The notes beneath the pieces were generated by a model. The model had not been told where the DNA came from. It saw only the letters and a list, made by a program, of their open reading frames with translations, and searched no databases. Positions 13,843 through 28,160 of a DNA stretch of 64,000 bases are shown in pieces (position 1 is the first letter of the stretch; the number at the start of each line of letters is the position of its first letter). Source of the DNA: the human T2T-CHM13v2.0 reference genome, Homo sapiens; the NCBI GenBank assembly GCA_009914755.4, contig CP068257.2:2272001-2336000 (forward strand), in the 5' to 3' direction. The position numbers and the translations under genes were made by a program.

Positions 13843-16800
13843 CTAATTGTTCCCATATAAGTCTATGTTCATACAAGATCTGAAGAGTACACAACACCGT
13901 GAGACAGGACAGACATATATTTTAAAAGTTATATTCCTGGTTTCTGTAAAAATAAAATAGTTGAATTTAAGCTTTCAAGACAAGTCAACAAAAAGAGCAA
14001 AAAATGCAAAAGTGAAACTCGAAAGGTCATTTCCCCATCAAGGGCTCATGATCACTGGACATTCACAAACTATACTGTTCAAAACATTAGATCTGAATTT
14101 TGATCCGAGTATCCCTTTAGTAGCAGTTTCATTCAAGGATGTCCAAGAGGTAAAATAAGACAATATCATTTGCTATTTTCAGTTTTCTTTTCTGAGAACA
14201 GCCCAGCATTCTTCTTCAGAGAAATGAATTGTCCTAACTTCATAGGCTAAAGGCTCATGAGTCATAGTTCTAAGGACATTAATAAAATATGGTGGTGCAT
14301 GCTTGTATTCTGAACTTTTCAGGTTTAAACTCTCATATAGTAAATGCTAATAGATACAAACCGATTAAAGAAAAGCCCTCTTAATCTGACATTATTTTTC
14401 TTTTTATTTCTTCATTTATCAGCAACAGGAGAGTCTAACTAAATGTGGTAAAGTGGTATGAGGGAATACAATGAACAGCGTAAAATGAATTAAACCAGAG
14501 ATAATCACACCAATGTGGGTACAAGTGGAAAGTATAATACAAAACACACCAAAGAAAGTGGCAGAAAGGTATATAAACTGTATAACCACTCACATACCAT
14601 TTTAGGACACAAAAAATTCTGCATATTATTTCTGAGCATCACAATGTAGTTAAAGATTTCAAAAGGGCATTGAAATGAAAAACAACCAACTTATGATGTT
14701 GGTAGCCTCTATGCAATCATGTTTTAAAAACTTTAACACCAAAAAGGCTCAAAATCACCATTTTAAAAGGCTGTGTCTACCAGTCATAAATGAATCATTA
14801 CTTTCATCATTTGTAGTAGTCAAAGATGCCACAAGCGCACGCATACACACATCTATATATACACCTACACACACAGTCTTACTCATTAGAACATCTGATA
14901 GGCTTCAGATCATCAGTGTAATAACACTAGCAGCAAGCCTCTGAAGTTAAAACAGAAACTGACACTTTAATAAGTAAAGCTTTCCTCTAGGTAAAGATCA
15001 GAACTCCAACTAGCACTTAACTCACTGGAAATATCTTAAGAGTCTCAAAATTCACTGCTTTGAATCCCTGACAAGTATAAAAATTTTATACTGAAAACTT
15101 CATGCTATTCAAAACATTAAAACAGAAACATCTGACCTAAAGCTTACATTTTTAAAATCTTTTTTATGCTTCTAAATTTGTTTTTATTCAAATATGGATA
15201 CCACCAATAACATTTATGTCAAAGCCTTCTGTTCAATATTGAACAAATAGAATTAGGAATAAGAATAATATGAGTACATCCAATCATTGAATGTACTTTA
15301 TTTACAGTATTCCATTAAATGTACCTGCTCTCAATGTCTGTACATTCTTTCTTTGTACTGCTCCTTTCACAGCAGGATCTTCCACTTCAGTGCTAGGCTG
15401 AATGGGTTTTAAAAGAAAACGATTCATAAATCATATATATTTTATACAACATGGAGTTAGTGATTCAAAAATATACATAATTAATTACCTTCAAGGAAGG
15501 ATGTTTTGCAGGAGGCCCTACAAAGCAAAGGGGATATGTCATCAATTATATGTAAGTATGACAGGGCCAACCAAACATTCATGCAGTGTTACTGTCGAGC
15601 TGAATTCTCAGGCCTGGCTATAAAAATAATTACTTAAGGTTTTGAGGGTTCTTCTTGGCTTCTTCTTTTCATTGCCTAGGACAGCAACATGACAGAAACA
15701 CAATGAGGAAAATAGGAATATAGGATTCCCAAAATGCACAGTTTACATTTCGGTAGTGAGATTATGTTTCAAATGCCTATACTTAAAATAGAAAAGCATT
15801 GATATAACCGTGAACACGTGGACTGATGAGGAGAAAAGGGACCATTAAACAGAGGGGCAAATCAAACCTGAGAGAATCAATGTCAAAGCTGATGGTGAAT
15901 GTACAGAGTATTTTAACTCCACACACCAGAGGCATTGCTGCCAGCACAGCACAAATAAATTCCCCTTGTCTTGTCACTGAGGAAATACGCAGTTGGGATG
16001 ACAGTTCAGATGAATGTGGGATTCACCTCTCATCAAAGAAAGGGTTCTACATTGATCAGCTAGGATACACACTTATGAAACAACAGCTAATCAAACTACT
16101 CATTTTTCCCATGATCACATGGGCTACTGCAGCACCTACATTTCTCCTATCCCCTCATTTGGCCTTGAATTAGAGCTCCTTGATCCACTCATGCAAGGTG
16201 GTCCATAAAACACATCAAATAAACCATGTCAAATAAGCTTCTGATATCAAAATATTTATCAAAAAAGAGAACATTGAATGACCACAGACTTGCTGGATAT
16301 TAATACATATTTATATTTCAAAATCAGTGCAGTATTTATTGAAAATGATAATTTTGGTTTTCATGGAATGAATTTTATGATTACTTCTAAAATTAACTAA
16401 GTTTGGTATATTATCTTACACTGTAAAGGACTTTTATAAAACAGCTATCATATCAAAGAACTGGCTGTCTCAAAAAAATTTCGCCAAAGCATCTATATGC
16501 AAGTTAATCATATCTTATTCACTCATGTCAGTGAAACTTCTCTCCCTGAGGCCTGACAGTTATCAAGTGAAATGAGCTGCTGTGGTTTACCCCAACTCTA
16601 GCACTCCCTCCTGTCTCCAGTACTCTCCACAGCAATAACCTCTTTTGTGAGACTGGGCATATGCTGAAGCAACTGGAAGTGAGTTGTCTCAAGTTTACTT
16701 GACTTTAACTCCCAAGACCCCAGCAAATGTCCTTCTTTCCTCCTTTTGTGTCCTTTCACCATCCCTCTTCCTTTGAAAAAATGATTATCAGAACTGTCAT

Positions 16801-17886
16801 CCTGATGCTTCCCTTCCTAACTGCTTTTTATGGATGATTGTGACCACTTTTTTCATCTGTATTCAGCAGTAGTATACACCTGTAATCTCTCTTTTTTCAT
16901 CTCATTTTCCTTCCCCTGTGGCTAGAATCATGCTCAGAAATAAAAGGAAATTAAAGCTTTCCCTGGATTCTGTTATTTTTTAAATTGCTCTCCAGTGGTT
17001 CTTTTTCCAGATTTCTCTAAAGGAAAGCTATTCCCTTGTTATTCAGAGCTGTGTCCAAGGACCAGCACAAACATCACCTGAGTGCTCATGAGAAATGCAG
17101 ACTCCAATACCTGCTGAGTCAGAATGTGCACTTTCCAGAAGCTCCTCAACGAATTCATGACAATTTGAATGCCCTGTTCCACACTGGTGTGCTTCCATAT
17201 TGGTTTACCCTAACTGGCCTTTTTGGCCTAGCCTCAACTTCTTTCCTATTATGTCCCTGAATTTAATACTACGTTATAAACCATAATGTTTCTAATGAAC
17301 TTTTAATCAGGCAAAGCTTCTCTAATTAATTTCTTCCCAATAAATCACCCAACACTATTCTTTTCATTTTCTATAAAAACAAATTATAGCCATACATGGC
17401 TGACCATTTACGGTGATGTTCATCTATGGTAGATAAAACACAGGTCTGCATGGTAAAGTACCTCAATCCTTAATGCCTCCCCAGTAGCGAGAATGACAGC
17501 AAGAGAAGGAAAATGTTACTGTAATTATATGACACATTTTGGTACTGGAAGCTCACTTTATCTTCCTTCCTATTTCTAACACCCTGTTCTTCCTTCTTCT
17601 ACAGAACAATTTGACTTTACTACCCTCCATTACATACATCCACTCTTTTTTATTTATTCCATGTACACTCTTCCCTCCTCATTCTTTCTTTCTCTTTTAT
17701 TCATTTCCTCTTCCCTCTCTCCTGACTTGCCTCAGGTCTTAGAGTATGTTAAAATGGAACTCATAACTCAGCTCCTTTAGTGGTACTTCCAATAGAATCA
17801 ACTGCTGACCCTTGGTTAGAGACACCACTTATCACCATTTCATTTCTCTTTTACTTATGATACAGTTAATAGGACATTTTCTTTAG

Positions 17887-18227
<341 letters not shown>

Positions 18228-18426
18228 TCTCCATCAAATGACTTTTTAAATAAAATACGGTTCTCACCTTTTCCTTTTCCATTGACTATTCTGTTTCCTT
18301 TTTCATGAGAAGGTCCACGTAAAGGCTCTGACACTTTCTCGGGGACACACTGCTAAGGTAATATCAAGAATTAGTTTCCATTTAAAATTATAATGAGTTG
18401 CATCAAGAGTTTCTTATCAATCTCTT

Positions 18427-18720
18427 TTTATGAAACTGGGTCTCACTCTGTCAACCCAGGGCTAGAATGCAGGGGCCTGATTATGGCTCACTGTGGTCTC
18501 AAACTCCTGACCTCAAGCAATCTTCCCACCTCAACTTCCTGGATAGCTGGAACTACAGGTGCATACCATCATGTCATGCTAATGTTTTTATTGTTATCTT
18601 TGTAGAGACAAGGCCTCATTATACCTCCCAGGCTGGTCTCAAGCTCCTGGGCTCAAGCAAATCTTCCACTTCTGCCTCCCAAAGTGTTGAGATAAGCAGT
18701 GTGCACCACCACACCCAGCC
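18427..18720 (-). mobile_element. Alu (old, diverged)
   Basis: aaactgggtctcactctgtcaacccagggctagaatgcagggg ... gttgagataagcagtgtgcaccaccacacccagcc. Confidence 0.8.
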
Positions 18721-18754
18721 CTAATCAATTTCTTTAAATCAATCTCAATGTTGC

Positions 18755-19101
<347 letters not shown>

Positions 19102-19414
19102 TCAATGAAATATGAGCTTAAGCCAAGAAAGAAAACGAAAAACATGAAGTATAATAAAGTACATGGGGAAATAGATCTATAACAGAGCCTTCGGTCTTTC
19201 ATAACTCTGATAATACTAATTAATATTTATGCTGCAATTAGTTTTTTGTAAGTACTTCTGTGATAGTGTTTCTTACTATAAGACATTCAATTAGCTAAAT
19301 ATGGTCATCTACCATTACCTGAAAGAACATTATTATAACAGAGAGAGAAAACTGGAACTTTCCATCAACTTTCCACCCAGAAAAAGAATTGGTCACCAGA
19401 ATTCTAAAGAGTAA

Positions 19415-20195
19415 TGTATGGCAGACACATGAAAAAATGCTCATCATCACTGGCCATCAGAGAAATGCAAATCGAAACTACTATGAGATATCATTTCACA
19501 CCAGTTAGAATGGCAATCATTAAAAAGTCAAGAATCAACAGGTGCTGGAGAGGATGTGGAGAAATAGGAACACTTTTACACTGTTGGTGGGACTGTAAAC
19601 TAGTTCAACCATTGTGGAAGACAGTGTGGAGATTCCTCAAGGATCAAGAATTAGAAATACCATTTGATCCAGCCATCCCATTACTGGATATATATGCAAA
19701 GGATTATAAATCATGCTGCTATAAAGACACATGCACATGTATGTTTATTGTGGCACTATTCACAATAGCAAAGACTTGGAACCAACCCATATGCCCATCA
19801 ATGATAGACTGGATTAAGAAAATGTGGCACTTACACACCATGGAATACTATGCAGCATAAAAAAATGATGAGTTCATGTCCTTTGTAGGGACATGGATGA
19901 AGCTGGAAACCATCATTCTGAGCAAACTGTTGCAAGGACAGAAAACCAAACACCACATGTTCTCACTCATAGGTGGGAACTGAACAATGAGAACACTTGG
20001 ACACAGGATGGGGAACATCACACACCAGGGCCTGTCATGGGGTGGGGAGAGAGGGGAGGAATAGCATTAGGAGATATACCTAATATAAATGACGAGTTAA
20101 TGGGTGCAGTACACCAACATGGCACATGTATACATATTTAACAAACCTGCACGTTGTGCACATGTACCCTAGAACTTAAAGTATAATAATAATAA
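19415..20195 (+). mobile_element. L1PA 3'-truncated insertion (ORF2 C-terminus plus 3'UTR), flanked by a 16-bp TSD
   Basis: ORF 19414..19860 translates as L1 ORF2 C-terminus ([132 protein letters not shown]). The 3'UTR matches the L1PA tail up to ...gtaccctagaacttaaagtataataataataataa. Direct repeat aaagagtaatgtatgg sits at 19399-19414 and 20196-20211. Confidence 0.9.
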
Positions 20196-20564
20196 TAAAG
20201 AGTAATGTATGGCTTGAAACGGTATATTTAATGGAACATGAGTTGGGTCTAACAAAAAGCTTAAGAAATGTTAATCTAAAATCTCAATGTTAAGATTCCA
20301 GTTGAATGATACTAGAAAATATATTGTAACCCTCTTTGCTACCGATGACCTATTTCTCTTTTATTTCCTCTTTAATTATGGCATAATTTCTCAACATAAC
20401 ATGTCAAAACTTATACAACCTTAAATATTAACAAATAATACAATGTAAGCAATATTTTAAATACAATATTTAATGATTAGATACATTAGGTTTATTATAT
20501 TACTTATAAAATTCCATTATATAAAAATTCATTTGTTTATTTATTCAGATTAAACAACTATTAA

Positions 20565-20862
20565 GGCTGAATGTCTCATGTCTGTAACCCCAGCACTTTG
20601 AGAGGATGAGGCGAGCAGAACACTTGAGCCCAACAGTTAAAGAAGAGCCTGGGCAACAAGGCAAAACCCTATCTCTACAAAACTCAGCCCAGCATGGTGA
20701 CACAGGTCTATGGTGACATAGCTCTATTGTTTCAACTACTTGGATGGCTGAGGTGTGAGGATCACCTGAGCCTAGGAAATGGAGATCGGAGTGAGCCAAG
20801 ATCTCACTAGTGCCCTCCAGCCTGGGTGACAGAGTGAAACCCCATCTCAAAAAACAACAAGT
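20565..20862 (+). mobile_element. Alu (AluJ-like)
   Basis: ggctgaatgtctcatgtctgtaaccccagcactttgagagg ... ccagcctgggtgacagagtgaaaccccatctcaaaaaac. Confidence 0.85.
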
Positions 20863-21059
20863 AAAATGCTTCTTACATGGAAGACTGTATTCTAGGTACT
20901 CCAGGATACACACAAATATGTTTACTGACCTCCAGTAGCTTATGGTATGCAGGAGCTTCCAATGATCATTTAAAAAACTAAATAGAAAACCTTCTGACAT
21001 TCAAACTTTCAGAATATGATATAAGGACTTTGAGTGGTTATTTTATTTTATTTTATTTT

Positions 21060-21217
21060 TTAAGATGTAGTCTTGCTCTGTCACCCAGCCTACAGTGCAA
21101 TGGTGCGATCTTGGCTCACTGCAATCTTTGCCTCCTGGGTTCAAGCGATTCCCCTGCCTTGGCCTCCTGAGCAACTGGGATTACAGGCATGCACTATCAT
21201 GCCTGGATAATTTTTGT

Positions 21218-21250
<33 letters not shown>

Positions 21251-21364
21251 GACAGGGTCTCACCATGTTGGCCAGGCTGATCTTGAACTCCTGACCTCAG
21301 GTGATCTACCCACCTCGGCCTCCAAAAGTGCTGGGATTACAGGTGTGAGCCACCACTCCTGGCC
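21060..21364 (-). mobile_element. Alu with expanded poly-T linker
   Basis: gatgtagtcttgctctgtcacccagcctacagtgcaatggtgcgatc ... gggattacaggtgtgagccaccactcctggcc. The internal T run at 21222-21249 is about 28 nt. Confidence 0.85.
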
Positions 21365-21611
21365 AAGTAAATATTTTAAATAAACTACAATGACAAAATT
21401 ATGATGATAAAGACTTACCATATTGATATTAAGAGTCTCTGCTTCTAGAACTGGTTATTTGCAGGAAAATACATGTTATTCAATTAGATGAAGTGTTTTA
21501 TATAAACTCTTCATGGACAACTCATAAATCACATAAAAATCCCTTTGAAATACAAATCTTGAGAACATAAATTTAAATTTCTACATTTCCACAATTTATA
21601 TTTTTAAATCA

Positions 21612-21716
21612 GATACAATGTTGCCCAGGCTGTTCTCAAACTCCTGTGTTCAAGCAATCTTACTGTCTCAAACTCCCAAGTAGCAGGGACTACAGGTGTA
21701 CACCACCAAACTCAGC
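21612..21716 (-). mobile_element. Alu monomer fragment (FLAM/FRAM-like)
   Basis: caatgttgcccaggctgttctcaaactcctgtgttcaagcaatcttactgtctcaaactcccaagtagcagggactacaggtgtacaccaccaaactcagc. Confidence 0.6.
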
Positions 21717-24700
21717 TATTTTTCTACAATTTTTAATACTTTTTTAGTCTCACTACAGAACCAATAATATAAGTAGAGAAACAATCTCTCCTAAAAACTA
21801 TATGACACCAAAATGATAAGTTTCCAAGAACAAAAGCTATATGCTATGTGCTGAACATTTCTGCCACTAAAAATTACCAGGAGGATTCCATGATTACTGC
21901 AAACAATTTGATCCACTGAAGATTTATACAGGAATAAATATTAAGAAAGTCACACTCGTATGATTTAAAAGTCAAAGTAGTAGTATTTATCCAAATAAAC
22001 TTTAACCAAATTTCATATTTCCTCTATTGGAGAAAGCATTTCCTAATGTGATTTTCCTGTGACTACTTGTTTTCCAGTTCATTTATTTTTCAGCTCCCAC
22101 CCTGTCACAGTACTTACCAATCTTTATTAGTTACCAAAGTTAAACACATTTTTTGAATCAACTAGCCATGTGTATGTTTTTCTCTGACCAGCTTTCCATT
22201 ACCACCATAAAACAATGATAGGTAAACCACTGCTAAAATTGAAAAGTAAATACTATGCAAAACTACACTCAGAGTGAGAAGATTAATTTTACAAGAGACC
22301 ACTTTACCTTAGTAGCAACACTCAAGTCTTCATCATCCAATGTAGGCAATGAATCCACACACAGTTCATGCAAAATGCTTGAGAGCAAAAATACACAATG
22401 AAAATGAGCAAGTTGATTTCTTTACAATTTTTTTAACTGCCAGTTTATATCCAGCTTCCCCCTCAAAAAAAGGAAAACATAATCTGGGGAAAGGTCAGTG
22501 ATCTATATATTAAATTATGATTCTTGATATAATTAAAATATGTCCTCTGTTCTAAAAATAGATTTTAGTTACCTATTTCTGCCTCCACCTGTCTAAATCT
22601 ATAAAATATTCAATGAAAACTTACCTTGAGGTTTATAACAAATAGTGACAGTCAATATATTGGCAGAGCCTGACAATAATGTGCCCTCACAAATTATCTG
22701 TCCTGAAGCTGAACTTAAAATTCAATTAATGGATGACATAAATTTTGTTCCCTAAACTGGAATAAAACTGATGACCTAAAACAAGGTAGAAAGATCCACT
22801 GTCTCTTTTCTGTGATCTGTCTCTGGATAAAAGACTAATCTACATCACTTCAAAATGGTAGTCTTGATTCCTCAGCATGGATCCAACTTAGGAAGGTCCT
22901 ATTGCTTTCCTTTACCCTAAATTGGTACAGGAAAGCCCCCACAATATTTGAAATGTATGAAAGCTAAATGTACAGAAGTCAAATAGCAAAGGTGTATGTT
23001 CTTACTGAGAATACTTTTCCCAGAAATATTAAAATATTAACAATTATAAAATCCCATTATTTTCACTCTATAGGTCCTACCTTATTCAGGTCCACATAAA
23101 CTAGCAAGCCCTTAAAAATTTTCATAGGCACTCAGACACCCAAGGAGAGAGACTGCGAGGAAAGAAACAGAGTCATGATAGTTGTACCTCTATTTCCCTA
23201 AGTACTATCTAAGTATATTTCTTCCTATGGACACCCACTTCCAGATTCTACTACTGCAGGGTTCCACAGAAGTCTCCAATCTTCAAATCTTCAGTGTATG
23301 AAAGCACAGATTCCTGAAAGAATGGCCTCAAATGACCAGGAGTAGGAGCTCTCTATATCCCTGCTCCTGAAAAACAAGCTAACTGGAGTCTCCATCACCT
23401 GCCACCAGCTATACACACTACCAACTACCCAAATGAACTCCATGACTGATTTGCCAGCTAATCATGCCCCTGACCCAGCCCACATGGACATGGGAAGGAC
23501 ATCAGTGAACTGTGAAAAGAGGCAGAGGTGAGGAGACACCTGTCCTGTGCCACACATCTATGTAGTTCAGCAATTTCCAGCCCCTTAGTACTCCAGGGGC
23601 TCTAAGCCACCCCTTTGTAAGTCAGGATGGAAGTAGATGACACCACATTTCTATCTGCTGTAGACATTCTTCCCAGTGTCTCAAAATGTTTTGGCATCTT
23701 TCAGTAAAAATCTTCAAGTTTGTCAGTCCTTGATTTAAAAAAAAAAAAGCAGCAAAATTTTTAGAGCTCCCTTGAACCTTCTATTTTAATGTGCCTTTGT
23801 AGATAATTCCCAACATCTTGTGTCCTTCATTTTTATAATTTATCTTTATCAAACTTGTCATAAACCCCAATACTTTGATCTCTTGTAGAAGAGTCCGTAC
23901 TCCTATCCAGTCTAGTGTTGTTTATCTTCAAACTTGGACTTCCCCTGCTCATTCCATTCTTATCTACTTCCATTGGGTTCACCAGCTAATTCCATTCTCA
24001 TTCTATCCACAGGCTCACTCCCGTTTGTATTATTAAAACACACGCCAATAGGACATAAAAAGAAGCAAGAGTACTGGGCTTTACCATGAGTTCAAATCTC
24101 ATTTCTGCCAATTCCTATGTCTAAAAAAAAAAGCTTCCTAATCTCTTTGACCCTCACATTCTCTATCTAGAGAATCACTTGACCAGAATGTTCAATGCAG
24201 ATAAAAATACTAGAAGGTATTTTAATTCATTCCAAGATTCCTTAAAATTCTGTAATTCTATGTCCTCTTGATTCTGTCTATAGAAAAACTTGGAATACAT
24301 AGGCAGCAGAGTTTGAAAAAAATAATAGAACAAAAGAAACACCAAGAAAAACAGAGAAGAAAGTTTTAAAAAATGAAGACAAGATTATATAAAAGTCATG
24401 GAAAAAGCAACAAGACTAAAAAATGTATTATGGAAGTAAGCAGAAATACTTGCCTAAATGGAAAACCAAACTGGGAAGTCAAATAATTTGTCTCTAAGAC
24501 TTGCCTAAACTTGCTTTGGTAAAACTTACAGTCCTATGGCCAAAGCTAAGTCAGATCTGCCCTAGAGCCTTTGAAGGTAAAAATAAGATACTGGTTACCA
24601 CTGAAATCGTCAAATTTATTAGGACTAACCACATTCTAACAATAAACTTAAATGAGAGTTCAAGGTATTTAAACTCTCATTAATTTAGAAGCTAATCAAA

Positions 24701-25149
24701 TTAATGAATCCGATTGATCTGATTCAGACCTATACTTTGATCCAAGGGCTGCACAGATATCTATCAATCTATGCTGAGGAGCAAGAGAAAGGATTTGGAA
24801 GGCAGGTAGGCTGATGGTCAAACTGTAGGCCAGCTACTTTGTTAACTATGGGATCATGAGGCAATTAATCAGCTCTAATCCATAGTTGTTTATTTAACAG
24901 TAGGTTATAGGAACACAGATGTTATGATGGCTTTATGAGATGATAAATGCATAGAACATATTAGGATGTCTAGCCCAGAATACAACACTCAACAGATATT
25001 AGTTTCTTCCATCTATATTTTCTTAGTTAACATAATTTTTTAAATCTATGAAATCTTACCTGACTGCAGATTCATCAGGAATTCCAACATCTATTAAAGA
25101 AAAAGGTAAAATGCATTTTAAATCAATAATAAATGTACAGAATATTAAA

Positions 25150-25290
25150 ATCATAAGAATGCACAGTGATGCATGCCTCTAATCCAAACTACTTGAGAGG
25201 ATGAGGCAGGAGGATCACTTGAGGAGCCCAGAAGTTTGAGACCAGCTTGGGAAACATAATAAGACTCTACCTTCATAAAAAAATTGTGCA
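25150..25290 (+). mobile_element. Partial Alu (right arm)
   Basis: gcctctaatccaaactacttgagaggatgaggcaggaggatcacttgaggagcccagaagtttgagaccagcttgggaaacataataagactc. Confidence 0.6.
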
Positions 25291-25315
25291 CACTTGTGTG
25301 TATGCTTTACATCCT

Positions 25316-25317
25316 GT

Positions 25318-25353
<36 letters not shown>

Positions 25354-25372
25354 TGGTTTGGTTTGGTTTTTT
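25316..25372. repeat. Compound microsatellite (GTT)n followed by (GGTTT)n
   Basis: (tgt/gtt)x12, then ttttggtttggtttggtttt. The apparent ORF 25273..25578 with a poly-Q run is an artefact of this repeat. Confidence 0.85.
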
Positions 25373-27507
25373 AAAGCATAAGACTGACGCTTTGTTACAA
25401 AGCATTCCTTTGGGAGCATGCCTGGGATCTTATTAGAATTAACATTCATTATACGTATTGGTAGGTAATTAATGCAGTAAGAACTCTTCCCTCTGTGTTT
25501 ATTAGATGCAAAGAAGAATAAATTTATTAAAATTTGGTATCTACAAGTGAACTGCAGTATACAAGTCATCCTAGCCAAAGCCTATGAGATTGAGTAAAAA
25601 TGGTATTGTTAGCAGAACAGGTGTGATGAGTCAACAGTGTCAAAGAGCATGATTTCTGGACCAAAATATGAGGGGCCATTACAACAGAGTATACACTAGT
25701 ACCCCTTATCCACTATATGCGCAGAAAGACATACTTGACACGTTTTTTTCTGCTGTCACACCACAGCAACAATCATCAACAAAGAAGGCTTCTGTGACCA
25801 AATGTGTGGAGAGTTTTTCCCCACCAACAAACAAGCAATCATTCCTGCTGATGACACAATTCAATTCTCACACCCTATCTACAGATAACATCAGATTTAA
25901 TTTAATTTATAAATTAAACTTTCTCATAGATATGTATGTATAGGGAAAAACAGCTTGTGATTCAGTACTATTCATGGTTTCATGCATGCACTGGGGGTCT
26001 TGGAATGTATCTCCCACAGTTAAGATGTAGTTACTGCACTTATTTTGTTATAACACAACACAGCCTCTCTAGCTCTTCAGTTCAAACTGTTTAGTTTAGA
26101 ATAAAACATGCTATCGCCAGAAACCAACAAAACATAGGAGTCAGACCAGAAACAGGAATCCTTGCAAAGACTTTCCAGCCACCAGTGGAGAAGATCTCAA
26201 GAGAGATCAGTGTGTTACTCTGGCTAATACTCTTCTGGGTAAGGTGCTGGGTGGTTTCCTTAGTTGTAGCTATTTGCTCTGGCCTACGTATAACAAGGCC
26301 CAAATTCACCTGTCATTTTACCTCCAACGAAAGAACCACTGGAAAGATCACTCCGTTAAGAGCTTATCCACATTCAGAGAGAAGCTGAATAAACACTGGG
26401 GAGGTATGGCAGGCTGCCGGGCAATATTATCTGATGTGAAAAAATATATAGAAAGAAAACTATCAATGCCCTTTTACTACCAGAATGTTCTAATGCTTGC
26501 CCATCTCCCTAGTAGGAGAAAAAAATTTTTGCACCTCGCATAAAGCAAAACTCCCTTGTCATCTCTCATGACAGAATCTAGTTGTAGGTGAGTCATGTCA
26601 TCATAATACAGGCTGTTGTCAACCTCATCCCTCAAAGGAAGAGGATCAGTGAGGAACTTATGTATTTACCTAATAGCATTCACTGCCTGGTCTTATTTCC
26701 AACCGAAGGTAAGTATGAAAGACTTTGTGATTCCAGTTTTATAAAGCACAACTTTTTGCACTTGTCCCCTTCCATTGCTAAAAAGTCTATCTGGACCCAC
26801 CTCACAGAGCAAGATGCTCCAGGTTGTGCTGTGTAGTACGGCGTGGTGTCCTTTTCCTCAACCCTTTCTATTATGTGCCACATATCTATACAAATCATGT
26901 TTTCTAAGTATGTAAATCATATCTCAACAGAATACATCATTCTTTACAATGATTAAGAAGCAAAAGAAAAACAAAAGGACAAAGAACATCTTAAATGACT
27001 ACATTCAACTGCCATGGAGCTTTAATTTTTTAACTACTCAAAAAGATATCCATTCTTCTTATTCCAACTATATGACTCTTCTGAAAAAAGTAAAACTATG
27101 AAGACAGAGTAAACATCAATTGTTGTCACGAGTTGCTAGGGAGAAAGGGAGAGATGAACAGGCATAGCACAGAGAATTTTTAGGGCGGTGAAACTGTTCT
27201 GTCGATAATATTACAGTAATAGATACATGTCATGTCATTATACATTTGTCCAAATTCACAGAATGTACAGCATCAAGAGTGAGGCCTGATGTAAACTATG
27301 AACTTCAAGTGATTATAATGTGTCAATGTAAGTTCATCAGTTGTAACAAATGGACCACTCTCTGGTGGAAAATATTAATAATGGGGGAGGCTATGCGTGT
27401 GTGGGAGGCATGGGATATATGAGAAATCTCTGTACCTTCCTCTCAATTTTGCTGTGAACCTAAAATTACTCTAAGAAATAAGGTTATTGATTTAAAAAAA
27501 ATATTCA

Positions 27508-28160
<653 letters not shown>

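Noticed and set aside
19414-19860. 148-aa ORF with good coding appearance
   Set aside because: It is the C-terminal end of L1 ORF2 within a 3'-truncated L1 insertion (the TSD defines 780 bp total). It is not a host gene.
20545-21000. 151-aa minus-strand ORF (and similar ORFs at 13523..13897, 48005..48439, 52315..52764)
   Set aside because: The reading frames run through Alu elements (characteristic [26 protein letters not shown] translations). They are Alu-derived artefacts.
25273-25578. 101-aa ORF with a poly-Q run (QQQQQQQQQQQ)
   Set aside because: The poly-Q is the reverse-complement translation of the (GTT/TTG)n microsatellite at 25316-25352. There is no other coding evidence.
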